A DNA stretch of 64,000 nucleotides from Dendrobates tinctorius (Eukaryota). The translations under genes were made by a program, and so were the position numbers. Below the pieces are notes generated by a model that was not told the DNA's origin, did not search any database, and saw nothing but the letters and a program-made list of their open reading frames with translations. Shown in pieces: positions 24,001 through 35,900 of the stretch. The stretch lies in NCBI RefSeq assembly GCF_039654945.1, contig NW_027362112.1, positions 558,001-622,000 on the forward strand. Reading direction: 5' to 3'. Positions within the stretch are counted from its first letter, which is position 1. Every line of letters starts with the position of its first letter.

Positions 24001-27000
24001 CACACGCAGATCCCCACCCACAGCACAGTCTTACCCCACCCACACGCAGACCCCCCCACCCGCAGCACAGTCTCACCCCGCCCAGACCCCCATCCACAGC
24101 ACAGTCTCACCCTGCCCAGACGCAGACCCCCATCCACAGCACAGTCTCACCCCGCGCAGACCCCCATCCACAGCACAGTCTCACCCTGCCCAGACGCAGA
24201 CCCCCATGCACAGCACAGTCTCACCCTGCCCACACGCAGAACCCCATCCACAGCACAGTCTCAACCCGCCCACACGCAGACCCCCATCCACAGCACAGTC
24301 TCACCCCGCCCAGACCCCCATCCACAGCACAGTCTCACCCTGCCCAGACGCAGACCCCCACCCACAGCACAGTCTCACCCCGCCCACACGCAGACCCCCA
24401 TCCACAGCACAGTCTCACCCCGCCCAGACCCCCATCCACAGCACAGTCTCACCCTGCCCAGACGCAGGCCCCCACCCACAGCACAGTCTCACCCCGCCCA
24501 CACGCAGACCCCCACCCACAGCACAGTCTCACCCCGCCCACACGCAGACCCCCATCCACAGCACAGTCTCACCCCGCCCACACGCAGACCCCCATCCACA
24601 GCAGTCTCACCCCGCCCACACGCAGACCCCATCCACAGCACAGTCTCACCCCGCCCACACGCAGACCCCCACCCACAGCACAGTCTCACCCCGCCCAGAC
24701 CCCCATCCACAGCACAGTCTCACCCCGCCCAGACCCCCATCCACAGCACAGTCTCACCCCGCCCAGACCCCCATCCACAGCACAGTCTCACCCCGCCCAG
24801 ACCCCCATCCACAGCACAGTCTCACCCCGCCCAGACCCCCATCCACAGCACAGTCTCACCCCGCCCAGACCCCCATCCACAGCACAGTCTCACCCCGCCC
24901 AGACCCCCATCCACAGTAGTCTCACCCTGCCCAGACCCCCATCCACAGTAGTCTCACCCCGCCCAGACCCCCATCCACAGCACAGTCTCACCCCGCCCAC
25001 ACGCAGACCCCCATCCACAGCACAGTCTCACCCCGCCCACACGCAGACCCCCATCCACAGCACAGTCTCACCCCGCCCACACAGTCTCACCCCGCCCAGA
25101 CCCCCATCCACAGCACAGTCTCACCCCGCCCAGACCCCCATCCACAGCACAGTCTCACCCTGCCCAGACGCAGACCCCCATCCACAGCAGTCTCACCCTG
25201 CCCACACGCAGACCCCCATCCACAGCACAGTCTCACCCCGCCCACACGCAGACCCCCATCCACAGCAGTCTCACCCCGCCCAGACCCCCATCCACAGCAC
25301 AGTCTCACCCTGCCCAGACGCAGACCCCCACCCACAGCACAGTCTCACCCCGCCCACACCCCCATCCACAGCACAGTCTCACCCCGCCCAGACCCCCATC
25401 CACAGCAGTCTCACCCTGCCCAGACGCAGACCCCCACCCACAGCACAGTCTCACCCCGCCCAGACCCCCATCCACAGCACAGTCTCACCCCGCCCAGACC
25501 CCCATCCACAGCACAGTCTCACCCCGCCCAGACCCCCATCCACAGCACAGTCTCACCCCGCCCAGACCCCCATCCACAGCACAGTCTCACCCCGCCCAGA
25601 CCCCCATCCACAGCACAGTCTCACCCCGCCCAGACCCCCATCCACAGCACAGTCTCACCCCGCCCAGACCCCCATCCACAGCACAGTCTCACCCCGCCCA
25701 GACCCCCATCCACAGCACAGTCTCACCCCGCCCAGACCCCCATCCACAGCACAGTCTCACCCCGCCCAGACCCCCACCCACAGCACAGTCTCACCCCGCC
25801 CACACGCAGACCCCCACCCACAGCACAGTCTCACCCCGCCCAGACCCCCACCCACAGCACAGTCTCACCCCGCCCAGACCCCCACCCACAGCACAGTCTC
25901 ACCCCGCCCAGACCCCCATCCACAGCACAGTCTCACCCCGCCCAGACCCCCATCCACAGCACAGTCTCACCCCGCCCAGACCCCCATCCACAGCACAGTC
26001 TCACCCCGCCCAGACCCCCATCCACAGCACAGTCTCACCCCGCCCAGACCCCCATCCACAGCACAGTCTCACCCCGCCCAGACCCCCATCCACAGCACAG
26101 TCTCACCCCACCCAGACCCCCATCCACAGCACAGTCTCACCCCGCCCAGACCCCCATCCACAGCACAGTCTCACCCCGCCCAGACCCCCATCCACAGCAC
26201 AGTCTCACCCCGCCCAGACCCCCATCCACAGCACAGTCTCACCCCGCCCAGACCCCCATCCACAGCACAGTCTCACCCCGCCCAGACCCCCATCCACAGC
26301 ACAGTCTCACCCCGCCCACACGCAGACCCCCATCCACAGCACAGTCTCACCCCGCCCACACGCAGACCCCCATCCACAGCACAGTCTCACCCCGCCCACA
26401 CGCAGACCCCCATCCACAGCACAGTCTCACCCCGCCCACACGCAGACCCCCATCCACAGCACAGTCTCACCCCGCCCCACGCAGACCCCCATCCACAGCA
26501 CAGTCTCACCCCGCCCACACGCAGACCCCCATCCACAGCACAGTCTCACCCCGCCCACACGCAGACCCCCATCCACAGCACAGTCTCACCCCGCCCACAC
26601 GCAGACCCCCATCCACAGCACAGTCTCACCCCGCCCACACGCAGACGCCCACCCACAGCAGTCTCACCCTGCCCAGACCCCCATCCACAGCACAGTCTCA
26701 CCCTGCCCAGACCCCCACCCACAGCACAGTCTCACCCCGCCCAGACCCCCACCCACAGCACAGTCTCACCCCGCCCACACACAGACCCCCACCCACAGCA
26801 CAGTCTCACCCTGCCCAGACCCCCACCCACAGCACAGTCTCACCCCGCCCAGACCCCCATCCACAGCACAGTCTCACCCCGCCCACACACAGACCCCCAC
26901 CCACAGCACAGTCTCACCCTGCCCAGACCCCCATCCACAGCACAATCTCACCCCGCCCACACGCAGACCCCCATCCACAGCACAGTCTCACCCCGCCCAC

Positions 27001-28870
27001 ACGCAGACCCCCATCCACAGCACAGTCTAACCCCGCCCACACGCAGACCCCCACCCACAGCAGTCTCACCCCGCCCACACGCAGACCCCCATCCACAGCA
27101 CAGTCTCACCCCGCCCACACACAGACCCCCATCCACAGCACAGTCTCACCCCGCCCACACGCAGACCCCCACCCACAGCAGTCTCACCCTGCCCAGACCC
27201 CCACCCACAGCACAGTCTCACCCCGCCCAGACCCCCATCCACAGCACAGTCTCACCCCGCCCACACACAGACCCCCACCCACAGCACAGTCTCACCCTGC
27301 CCAGACCCCCACCCACAGCACAGTCTCACCCCGCCCAGACCCCCATCCACAGCACAGTCTCACCCCGCCCAGACCCCCATCCACAGCACAGTCTCACCCC
27401 GCCCACACGCAGACCCCCATCCACAGCACAGTCTAACCCCGCCCACACGCAGACCCCCATCCACAGCACAGTCTCACCCCGCCCACACGCAGACCCCCAT
27501 CCACAGCACAGTCTAACCCCGCCCACACGCAGACCCCCACCCACAGCAGTCTCACCCCGCCCACACGCAGACCCCCATCCACAGCACAGTCTCACCCCGC
27601 CCACACGCAGACCCCCATCCACAGCACAGTCTAACCCCGCCCACACACAGACCCCCATCCACAGCACAGTCTCACCCCGCCCACACGCAGACCCCCACCC
27701 ACAGCAGTCTCACCCTGCCCAGACCCCCACCCACAGCACAGTCTCACCCCGCCCAGACCCCCATCCACAGCACAGTCTCACCCCGCCCACACACAGACCC
27801 CCACCCACAGCACAGTCTCACCCTGCCCAGACCCCCACCCACAGCACAGTCTCACCCCGCCCAGACCCCCATCCACAGCACAGTCTCACCCCGCCCAGAC
27901 CCCCATCCACAGCACAGTCTCACCCCGCCCACACGCAGACCCCCATCCACAGCACAGTCTAACCCCGCCCACACGCAGACCCCCATCCACAGCACAGTCT
28001 CACCCCGCCCACACGCAGACCCCCATCCACAGCACAGTCTAACCCCGCCCACACGCAGACCCCCACCCACAGCAGTCTCACCCCGCCCACACGCAGACCC
28101 CCATCCACAGCACAGTCTCACCCCGCCCACACGCAGACCCCCATCCACAGCACAGTCTAACCCCGCCCACACGCAGACCCCCATCCACAGCACAGTCTCA
28201 CCCCGCCCACACGCAGACCCCCACCCACAGCAGTCTCACCCTGCCCAGACCCCCACCCACAGCACAGTCTCACCCCGCCCAGACCCCCATCCACAGCACA
28301 GTCTCACCCCGCCCACACACAGACCCCCACCCACAGCACAGTCTCACCCTGCCCAGACCCCCACCCACAGCACAGTCTCACCCCGCCCAGACCCCCATCC
28401 ACAGCACAGTCTCACCCCGCCCAGACCCCCATCCACAGCACAGTCTCACCCCGCCCACACGCAGACCCCCATCCACAGCACAGTCTAACCCCGCCCACAC
28501 GCAGACCCCCATCCACAGCACAGTCTCACCCCGCCCACACGCAGACCCCCATCCACAGCACAGTCTAACCCCGCCCACACGCAGACCCCCACCCACAGCA
28601 GTCTCACCCCGCCCACACGCAGACCCCCATCCACAGCACAGTCTCACCCCGCCCACACGCAGACCCCCATCCACAGCACAGTCTAACCCCGCCCACACAC
28701 AGACCCCCATCCACAGCACAGTCTCACCCCGCCCACACACAGACCCCCATCCACAGCACAGTCTCACCCCGCCCACACACAGACCCCCATCCACAGCACA
28801 GTCTCACCCCGCCCACACACAGACCCCCATCCACAGCACAGTCTCACCCCGCCCACACACAGACCCCCAT
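21090..28870. repeat. C/A-rich 34/40-bp minisatellite (cacagcacagtctcaccccgccca[cacgca]gacccccatc)n filling CCDC113 intron 6
   Basis: Read directly. Two length variants differ by a 6-bp module. Confidence 0.96.
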
Positions 28871-28888
28871 CTCGCTCCTGACCGTCAC

Positions 28889-29044
28889 CTTGTAGGAGTT
28901 CAGCACTTGCATGGTATTCCCAGTTGTCATTTTTAGCTGCAGAAGATCCTGGTTCCTTTCATCGATTCTTTCCAAAAATTGTGCATTTTCGATTTTCAGC
29001 TGCTGGAAATCCACCACGTTCAGCACTTCACCCATCTCTTCCTT
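28889..29044 (-). CDS. CCDC113: CCDC113 exon 6
   Basis: KEEMGEVLNVVDFQQLKIENAQFLERIDERNQDLLQLK...YK contains the hallmark DFQQLKIEN of the CCDC113/CCDC96 family. 156 nt. Confidence 0.95.
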
Positions 29045-29280
29045 CTAGAAATCACATACAGCAAAAGTTACGGAGGCTGCACTCAGGCCACCGCCTTCAT
29101 GTCACCGCGACGCCCTCCACTACTTGTCCTGTGAGGAGGGAATTATAGAGACTGAATCCCGAGAGACGCCGCCGCGGGGGGGGGATGGGCGCACGGCCCC
29201 GATGCCGCGGGGGGGATGGGCGCACGGCCCCGATGCCGCGGGGGGGATGCCACCCGTTATACAGCATCTGTATCCATTAA

Positions 29281-29972
29281 GGCCTCTTTCACACATCAGG
29301 TTTTCGCCGTCAGGCGCGATCCGGCGCTTTTGACAGAAACCGGATCCGGCGAAATGCAATGCCGGATCCGGTTTCCCCCCCATTGACTTGCATTTGCGCC
29401 GGATCGCGCCGGATGGCCATGCGTTTCGTCCGGTTTTCGCCGGATCCGGCAATGTGTCGCGATCCAGCGTCTGGAAAAAACGGCTACTGTAACGTTTTTT
29501 GTCTCCGGCGAAAAAGCCGGACACGCCGGATCCGGCGCGTCCGGCTTTTTCACACAATGAAAGCTTATGAGCGCCGCAATGCGCCTGATCCGGCGAAAGC
29601 CGGATCCGGTGGCCGGATCCGGTTTTTTTGGTCTGAGCATGCTCAGTAGCTCTGCCCACTACAACCTGTCAAAGAAGGGCTGTAGGAACATGCTATATCT
29701 AGTTTTCCAGTAGCCAATCCCGTTCGGAAGGCCACAAGGGTCAATTTTAAAAACCAGATCCGGCGTAATCCGTCGAAAAACGGATAGAAAAACGGATAGA
29801 AAAACGGATGAACCGGATGAGACGGATCCGGTTTTGTCTGTCAAGAACAAGACGGATCCGGCAGAAAACCGGATCCGGCACATCAGGTTTTACAAAACAT
29901 TTGCCGGATCCAGCATTCCGGCACGACGCCGGATCGCGCCTGACGCCGAAAACCTGATGTGTGAAAGTAGCC
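29281..29972. mobile_element. Non-autonomous DNA transposon (MITE) with long terminal inverted repeats and CCGGATCCGG-rich palindromic interior
   Basis: Left ggcctctttcacacatcaggttttcgccgtcaggcgcgatccggcg, right cgccggatcgcgcctgacgccgaaaacctgatgtgtgaaagtagcc, flanked by TAA and TTA. Superfamily uncertain (Harbinger- or Kolobok/T2-like). Confidence 0.85.
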
Positions 29973-30146
29973 TTAGAGGATACCGCAGGGCACCATGACA
30001 GGAGTACCACCTATCTGTCTGGGTAGACGAGGCAGCGGACTTCACAATGATGGGAGTGATAGGAGGAGGGCACTACTGTAATACCATCAATACCGAGACA
30101 CCCGGCTACAGGGACACGGGGGAAGATTGGATGTGAGGTGCTTCAC

Positions 30147-30227
30147 CTGCTTCAGCTGCATCTGTAACTTCTTCTTCTGGATTCTTAATGCTGCGTTCTT
30201 TAAGCGGAGCTTATCCACCAGACTGTC
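30147..30227 (-). CDS. CCDC113: CCDC113 exon 5
   Basis: DSLVDKLRLKNAALRIQKKKLQMQLKQ. GT-AG, 81 nt. Confidence 0.93.
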
Positions 30228-30307
30228 CTGCCAGGAGAGAGGACCCCGTTATCACCGGTGAGAGACCTGCGCCATACCCGCAGCCCCCCGACAATGTGTG
30301 CACTGAC

Positions 30308-30466
30308 TCTCGCCAGCATCTTCTCCTCCATGTAGCGCAGGATCTTTTCGGGGCTGCCCCTTTCACCCTTCTTGTTACTCGCAGCGACTCTGACGATGTC
30401 TCGCTCAAACTCGTACTTTGCCTTCTTAATCTCTGAGCTGCGGATCTCGGCCTCTTCCTTGGTGGC
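30308..30466 (-). CDS. CCDC113: CCDC113 exon 4
   Basis: ATKEEAEIRSSEIKKAKYEFERDI...EKILRYMEEKMLAR. GT-AG, 159 nt. Confidence 0.93.
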
Positions 30467-30661
30467 CTGGAGAAACGGAGAGACGAAGCGGTCACTGCAT
30501 CGGATGAGAGCAGAGAGGGTCCTTCTTCCGAACATTATTAAGTCTATCGTGGCACAACTGTGTCGGTGCACAAAATAGGTTCTCACACCAGAGTAATCGT
30601 AAAGTAAATTTTGGCACTCATCTTTTCAATAAAGTGAAGAATTTTATTTGCAGTCACAGGT

Positions 30662-30710
30662 AGGTAGGTAAACGTTTCGGCCAGGACAACTGACCTTCAT
30701 CAGGACCCAG
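30662..30710 (-). ncRNA. Type I hammerhead ribozyme core (degenerate), of the kind found in Penelope-like element terminal repeats
   Basis: Minus strand reads gggtc CUGAUGA A GGUCAG uuguc CUGGCC GAAA CGUU uacc: both conserved boxes, a 6-bp helix II and a palindromic AAACGUUU helix III. AATAAA follows about 20 nt downstream. Helix I is imperfect. Confidence 0.62.
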
Positions 30711-32019
30711 ACTGCTCCTGTATTGTCGGTATAAATATACATAGAGAACATAATGTAAGGTGTCACTCTGAGAAGGAAAGGACTATAGGGTCCTGCTGAA
30801 CGCCAGATACCTCACTGTATGCAGATAATTCTGTTCTTTGGTAGGGTCCCATGACATTCACTATTCAGAAGATGTAGAGTGCCCAGTATGTAATGTCAAA
30901 ACACTTGAGTCCGCCCAAAGTTGCCTGTGATCAGGGTAACGCGAGAGACCCAACAAGGTTGTCAAAGCATGTCCTGCTGTTGCTGGTGGATAGTGGCGCT
31001 GTCTGTCCGGGAAAAACACGGCGTCCGCCGCTTGATTGCAGAGGGCGCCCGCACCCTATCTCCAGCACGTGCCGCAAGCCGTGTGGGTGTCCCGCTGGTG
31101 GTACTGCGGAAGGGCCTGGTACCACCACTGGGTGCCATATTGGAATACCCATCACTTGAGTATTCCAATATGGCGGTCGGCGCGGTGAATTATGGGATTC
31201 GAGGACATCCAGACGGAAGTGGATGATGGACAATTTAAGGCAAATATATATTAGATACAAAAGATTTTACAAAGGGGACAAAACAATACGGCATATACAA
31301 TTACATAAAGTAAAACGGATTATCATAGAAACTTACTACACTGGTCACAGAGATGGCTCAGCTGGCACATGGAAGCAATCCCATTGAAAACGTTGTGTTA
31401 ACGGGATCAAGCCTATACCAGTGTGTAACTTCCATGGCATTGAACACAGATCATAAATCGCTTGACCTTTTATCAGCACCTAAGTTACACTCACACACAC
31501 CCCGTGATGACCTCACGTGGGCCAGGTTGTGGGATGTTCTCAGCCCTTCAAGATTGTATGAAATTCCCAACATTAACAATATCTTCACTCCTGACGATAG
31601 CAGAAGTTCGAGATCACCGCCATTTGTATTATTAGGATTTTACCTTTCCATACATAGTAAACATGACATAGCAGCGTTCTGACCACTATTAATTTGGGGC
31701 TTATAGGCAGGTGTCCCAGTTATGAAAAAATATGGATATATGGACATCAAATCAGTATCAGATCTATACAAACTCCAATATTCATAACTTTCCACAGGTG
31801 CCCCAGTGGCTCGTCACAGGTGTAACATTTCCTCTGATGGAAACAAAAGTTTCCCTTCACCTCAGGATGTACTTCCTGGGGATAAAGGAGACTTCATCTC
31901 TCTATGAGTAAAAACATGTCCATTTCCTTATCTGGACCTCATTAAAGATCTTTCCTGTATAATTACCTGTACTCCGGTTATGTTAATTGGTTTCCACAGC
32001 CCCTAGCCATACATAGCTA

Positions 32020-32470
32020 CATGCCCCGTTACAACGTATTGTGAACGATATTGTTGCAATGTCACTAGTTTGGTGACGTTGCAGCAATGTTGAAATGACA
32101 GTGTTGTGTGTGACACATGGCACCGATCAGTTGGCTGATCGTTAATTGTTGCCTAATGGTATAGGCCATAAATCTAGCATTGGTCTCCCGCTGGGCAGCA
32201 CACACCGCCGCGTGTGACAGCGAGAGACCAACGATCAGCGAGCTCCCAGCGCCATACAGCAGACGCTGGGAGCGGGTATCCAGGGTAAACGGCGGGTAGA
32301 TAAGAGCCGCGCGGAGCTTAGGTACCTGCTGTTTACCCTGGATACCGGCGTGCTCGCTGGTCCTGATCGCTGGTGAGTCTATGTGACAGCTCCCCAGCCA
32401 TCAGCTCACTTAGTGCCAGCGATCCCATCCACGTCGGATCGCTGGTGGGATCGCTGGGACATTGCAGCCC
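32020..32470. mobile_element. Decayed MITE-like element with central hairpin (ggtatccagggtaaac...gtttaccctggatacc, 32275-32346)
   Basis: Perfect 16-bp inverted repeat plus recurrent gatcgctg/tgtgacag motifs. Boundaries approximate. Confidence 0.55.
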
Positions 32471-32712
32471 TTACTCTCTACTCGTGTGTTAAATCTGGGG
32501 TCCTATGAGTGACAGAGGCTGCTGTACTGTAAGCTCCTACAGCAGTTCTATGTGCAGGCGGGGTGAACGCGCCCTCAATGGAGCGGTTTAATGGACTTTC
32601 AGCATTTTTTTCTATGACATTCTGTAATATCTTTCATTGTCTGTACAAGTCCCCACTAAAACGTGCCAGTGCTATAGGAATAACCTTCTTATTAAGGACG
32701 TCCCTCCCTTAC

Positions 32713-32877
32713 CTTGTAGCTCTGACAAACGCGCTGGGTGTTGTCAGCCTCTCTCTGCGCCTCTTCCCGGGACTCCTCCAGCTCCCGCTGCACCAGGTCA
32801 CACTTCTGCTCCACAGTCAGGCTCAGCAGGCGGTCAGAGATGGTGCTGCGCGACTTAGAGCGCCGCCGACTGCGCAT
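32713..32877 (-). CDS. CCDC113: CCDC113 exon 3
   Basis: MRSRRRSKSRSTISDRLLSLTVEQKCDLVQRE...SYK. GT-AG, 165 nt. Confidence 0.93.
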
Positions 32878-32917
32878 CTACAGAAGAGAGACACGACTGA
32901 CACATAGGGTGTACTAC

Positions 32918-35900
32918 ACTCACACGGGGGTACTACAGCACCATACAGGGGGGCAGCGCTGCCTCTCACATGGGGGTACTACAGCATCATACAAGGGGGC
33001 AGCGCTGCCTCTCACATGGGGGTACTACAGCACCATACAGGGGGGCAGCGCTGCCTCTCACACGGGGGTACTACAGCACCATACAGGGGGCAGCACTGCC
33101 TCTCACATGGGGGTACTACAGCACCATACAAGGGGGCAGCGCTGCCTCTCACATGGGGGTACTACAGCACCATACAGGGGGCAGCACTGCCTCTCACATG
33201 GGGGTACTACAGCACCATACAGGGGGCAGCACTGCCTCTCACATGGGGGTACTACAGCACCATACAGGGGGCAGCGCTGCCTCTCACATGGGGGTACTAC
33301 AGCACCATACAGGGGGCAGCACTGCCTCTCACACGGGGGTACTACAGCACCATACAGGGGGGCAGCACTGCCTCTCACATGGGGGTACTACAGCACCATA
33401 CAGGGGGCAGCACTGCCTCTCACACGGGGGTACTACAGCACCATACAGGGGGGCAGCACTGCCTCTCACATGGGGGTACTACAGCACCATACAAGGGGGC
33501 AGCGCTGCCTCTCACACGGGGGTACTACAGCACCATACAGGGGGCAGCACTGCCTCTCACACAGGGGTACTACAGCACCATACAGGGGGCAGCACTGCCT
33601 CTCACACGGGGGTACTACAGCACCATACAGGGGGCAGCACTGCCTCTCACATGGGGGTACTACAGCACCATACAGGGGGCAGCGCTGCCTCTCACACGGG
33701 GGTACTACAGCACCATACAAGGGGGCAGCGCTGCCTCTCACATGGGGGTACTACAGCACCATACAGGGGGCAGCACTGCCTCTCACACAGGGGTACTACA
33801 GCACCATACAAGGGGGCAGCGCTGCCACTCACATGGGGGTACTACAGCACCATACAGGGGGGCAGCACTGCCTCTCACATGGGGGTACTACAGCACCATA
33901 CAGGGGGCAGCGCTGCCTCTCACATGGGGGTACTACAGCACCATACAGGGGGCAGCACTGCCTCTCACATGGGGGTACTACAGCACCATACAGGGGGCAG
34001 CGCTGCCTCTCACATGGGGGTACTACAGCACCATACAAGGGGGCAGCGCTGCCTCTCACATGGGGGTACTACAGCACCATACAGAGGGCAGCGCTGCCTC
34101 TCACACGGGGGTACTACAGCACCATACAAGGGGGCAGCGCTGCCTCTCACATGGGGGTACTACAGCACCATACAGGGGGCAGCGCTGCCTCTCACACGGG
34201 GGTACTACAGCACCATACAGGGGGGCAGCGCTGCCTCTCACATGGGGGTACTACAGCACCATACAGGGGGCAGCGCTGCCTCTCACATGGGGGTACTACA
34301 GCACCATACAGGGGGCAGCGCTGCCTCTCACATGGGGGTACTACAGCACCATACAGAGGGCAGCGCTGCCTCTCACACGGGGGTACTACAGCACCATACA
34401 GGGGGGCAGCGCTGCCTCTCACATGGGGGTACTACAGCACCATACAGGGGGCAGCGCTGCCTCTCACATGGGGGTACTACAGCACCATACAGGGGGCAGC
34501 GCTGCCTCTCACACGGGGGTACTACAGCACCATACAGAGGGCAGCGCTGCCTCTCACACGGGGGTACTACAGCACCATACAGGGGGGCAGCGCTGCCTCT
34601 CACACGGGGGTACTACAGCACCATACAGGGGGCAGCGCTGCCTCTCACATGGGGGTACTACAGCACCATACAGGGGGCAGCGCTGCCTCTCACACGGGGG
34701 TACTACAGCACCATACAAGGGGCAGCGCTGCCTCTCACATGGGGGTACTACAGCACCATACAGAGGGCAGCGCTGCCTCTCACACGGGGGTACTACAGCA
34801 CCATACAAGGGGCAGCACTGCCTCTCACATGGGGGTACTAAAGCACCATACAGGGGGCAGCACTGCCTCTCACATGGGGGTACTACAGCACCATACAGGG
34901 GGCAGCGCTGCCTCTCACATGGGGGTACTACAGCACCATACAGGGGGGCAGCGCTGCCTCTCACACGGGGGTACTACAGCACCATACAGGGGGGCAGCAC
35001 TGCCTCTCACATGGGGGTACTACAGCACCATACAGGGGGCAGTGCTGCCTCTCACATGGGGGTACTACAGCACCATACAGGGGGCAGCGCTGCCTCTCAC
35101 ACGGGGGTACTACAGCACCATACAGGGGGGAAGCGCTGCCTCTCACACGGGGGTACTACAGCACCATACAGGGGGCAGCGCTGCCTCTCACATGGGGGTA
35201 CTACAGCACCATACAGGGGGCAGTGCTGCCTCTCACATGGGGGTACTACAGCACCATACAGGGGGCAGCGCTGCCTCTCACACGGGGGTACTACAGCACC
35301 ATACAGGGGGGCAGCACTGCCTCTCACATGGGGGTACTACAGCACCATACAGGGGGCAGTGCTGCCTCTCACATGGGGGTACTACAGCACCATACAGGGG
35401 GCAGCGCTGCCTCTCACACGGGGGTACTACAGCACCATACAGGGGGGCAGCGCTGCCTCTCACACGGGGGTACTACAGCACCATACAGGGGGCAGCGCTG
35501 CCTCTCACATGGGGGTACTACAGCACCATACAGGGGGGCAGCGCTGCCTCTCACACGGGGGTACTACAGCACCATACAAGGGGGCAGCGCTGCCTCTCAC
35601 ATGGGGGTACTACAGCACCATACAGGGGGCAGCACTGCCTCTCACATGGGGGTACTACAGCACCATACAGGGGGCAGCACTGCCTCTCACATGGGGGTAC
35701 TACAGCACCATACAGGGGGCAGCGCTGCCTCTCACATGGGGGTACTACAGCACCATACAGGGGGCAGCGCTGCCTCTCACATGGGGGTACTACAGCACCA
35801 TACAGGGGGGCAGCGCTGCCTCTCACACGGGGGTACTACAGCACCATACAAGGGGGCAGCGCTGCCTCTCACATGGGGGTACTACAGCACCATACAGGGG

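Noticed and set aside
21076-24919. Pro/His/Thr-rich mucin-like ORFs
   Set aside because: Antisense translation of the CCDC113 intron 6 minisatellite.
31350-31900. Possible GIY-YIG or zinc-knuckle remnants on the minus strand (e.g. KCYTCDEPLGH)
   Set aside because: Too degenerate to support by eye; needs tBLASTn or HMM search. Mentioned only as context for the hammerhead.
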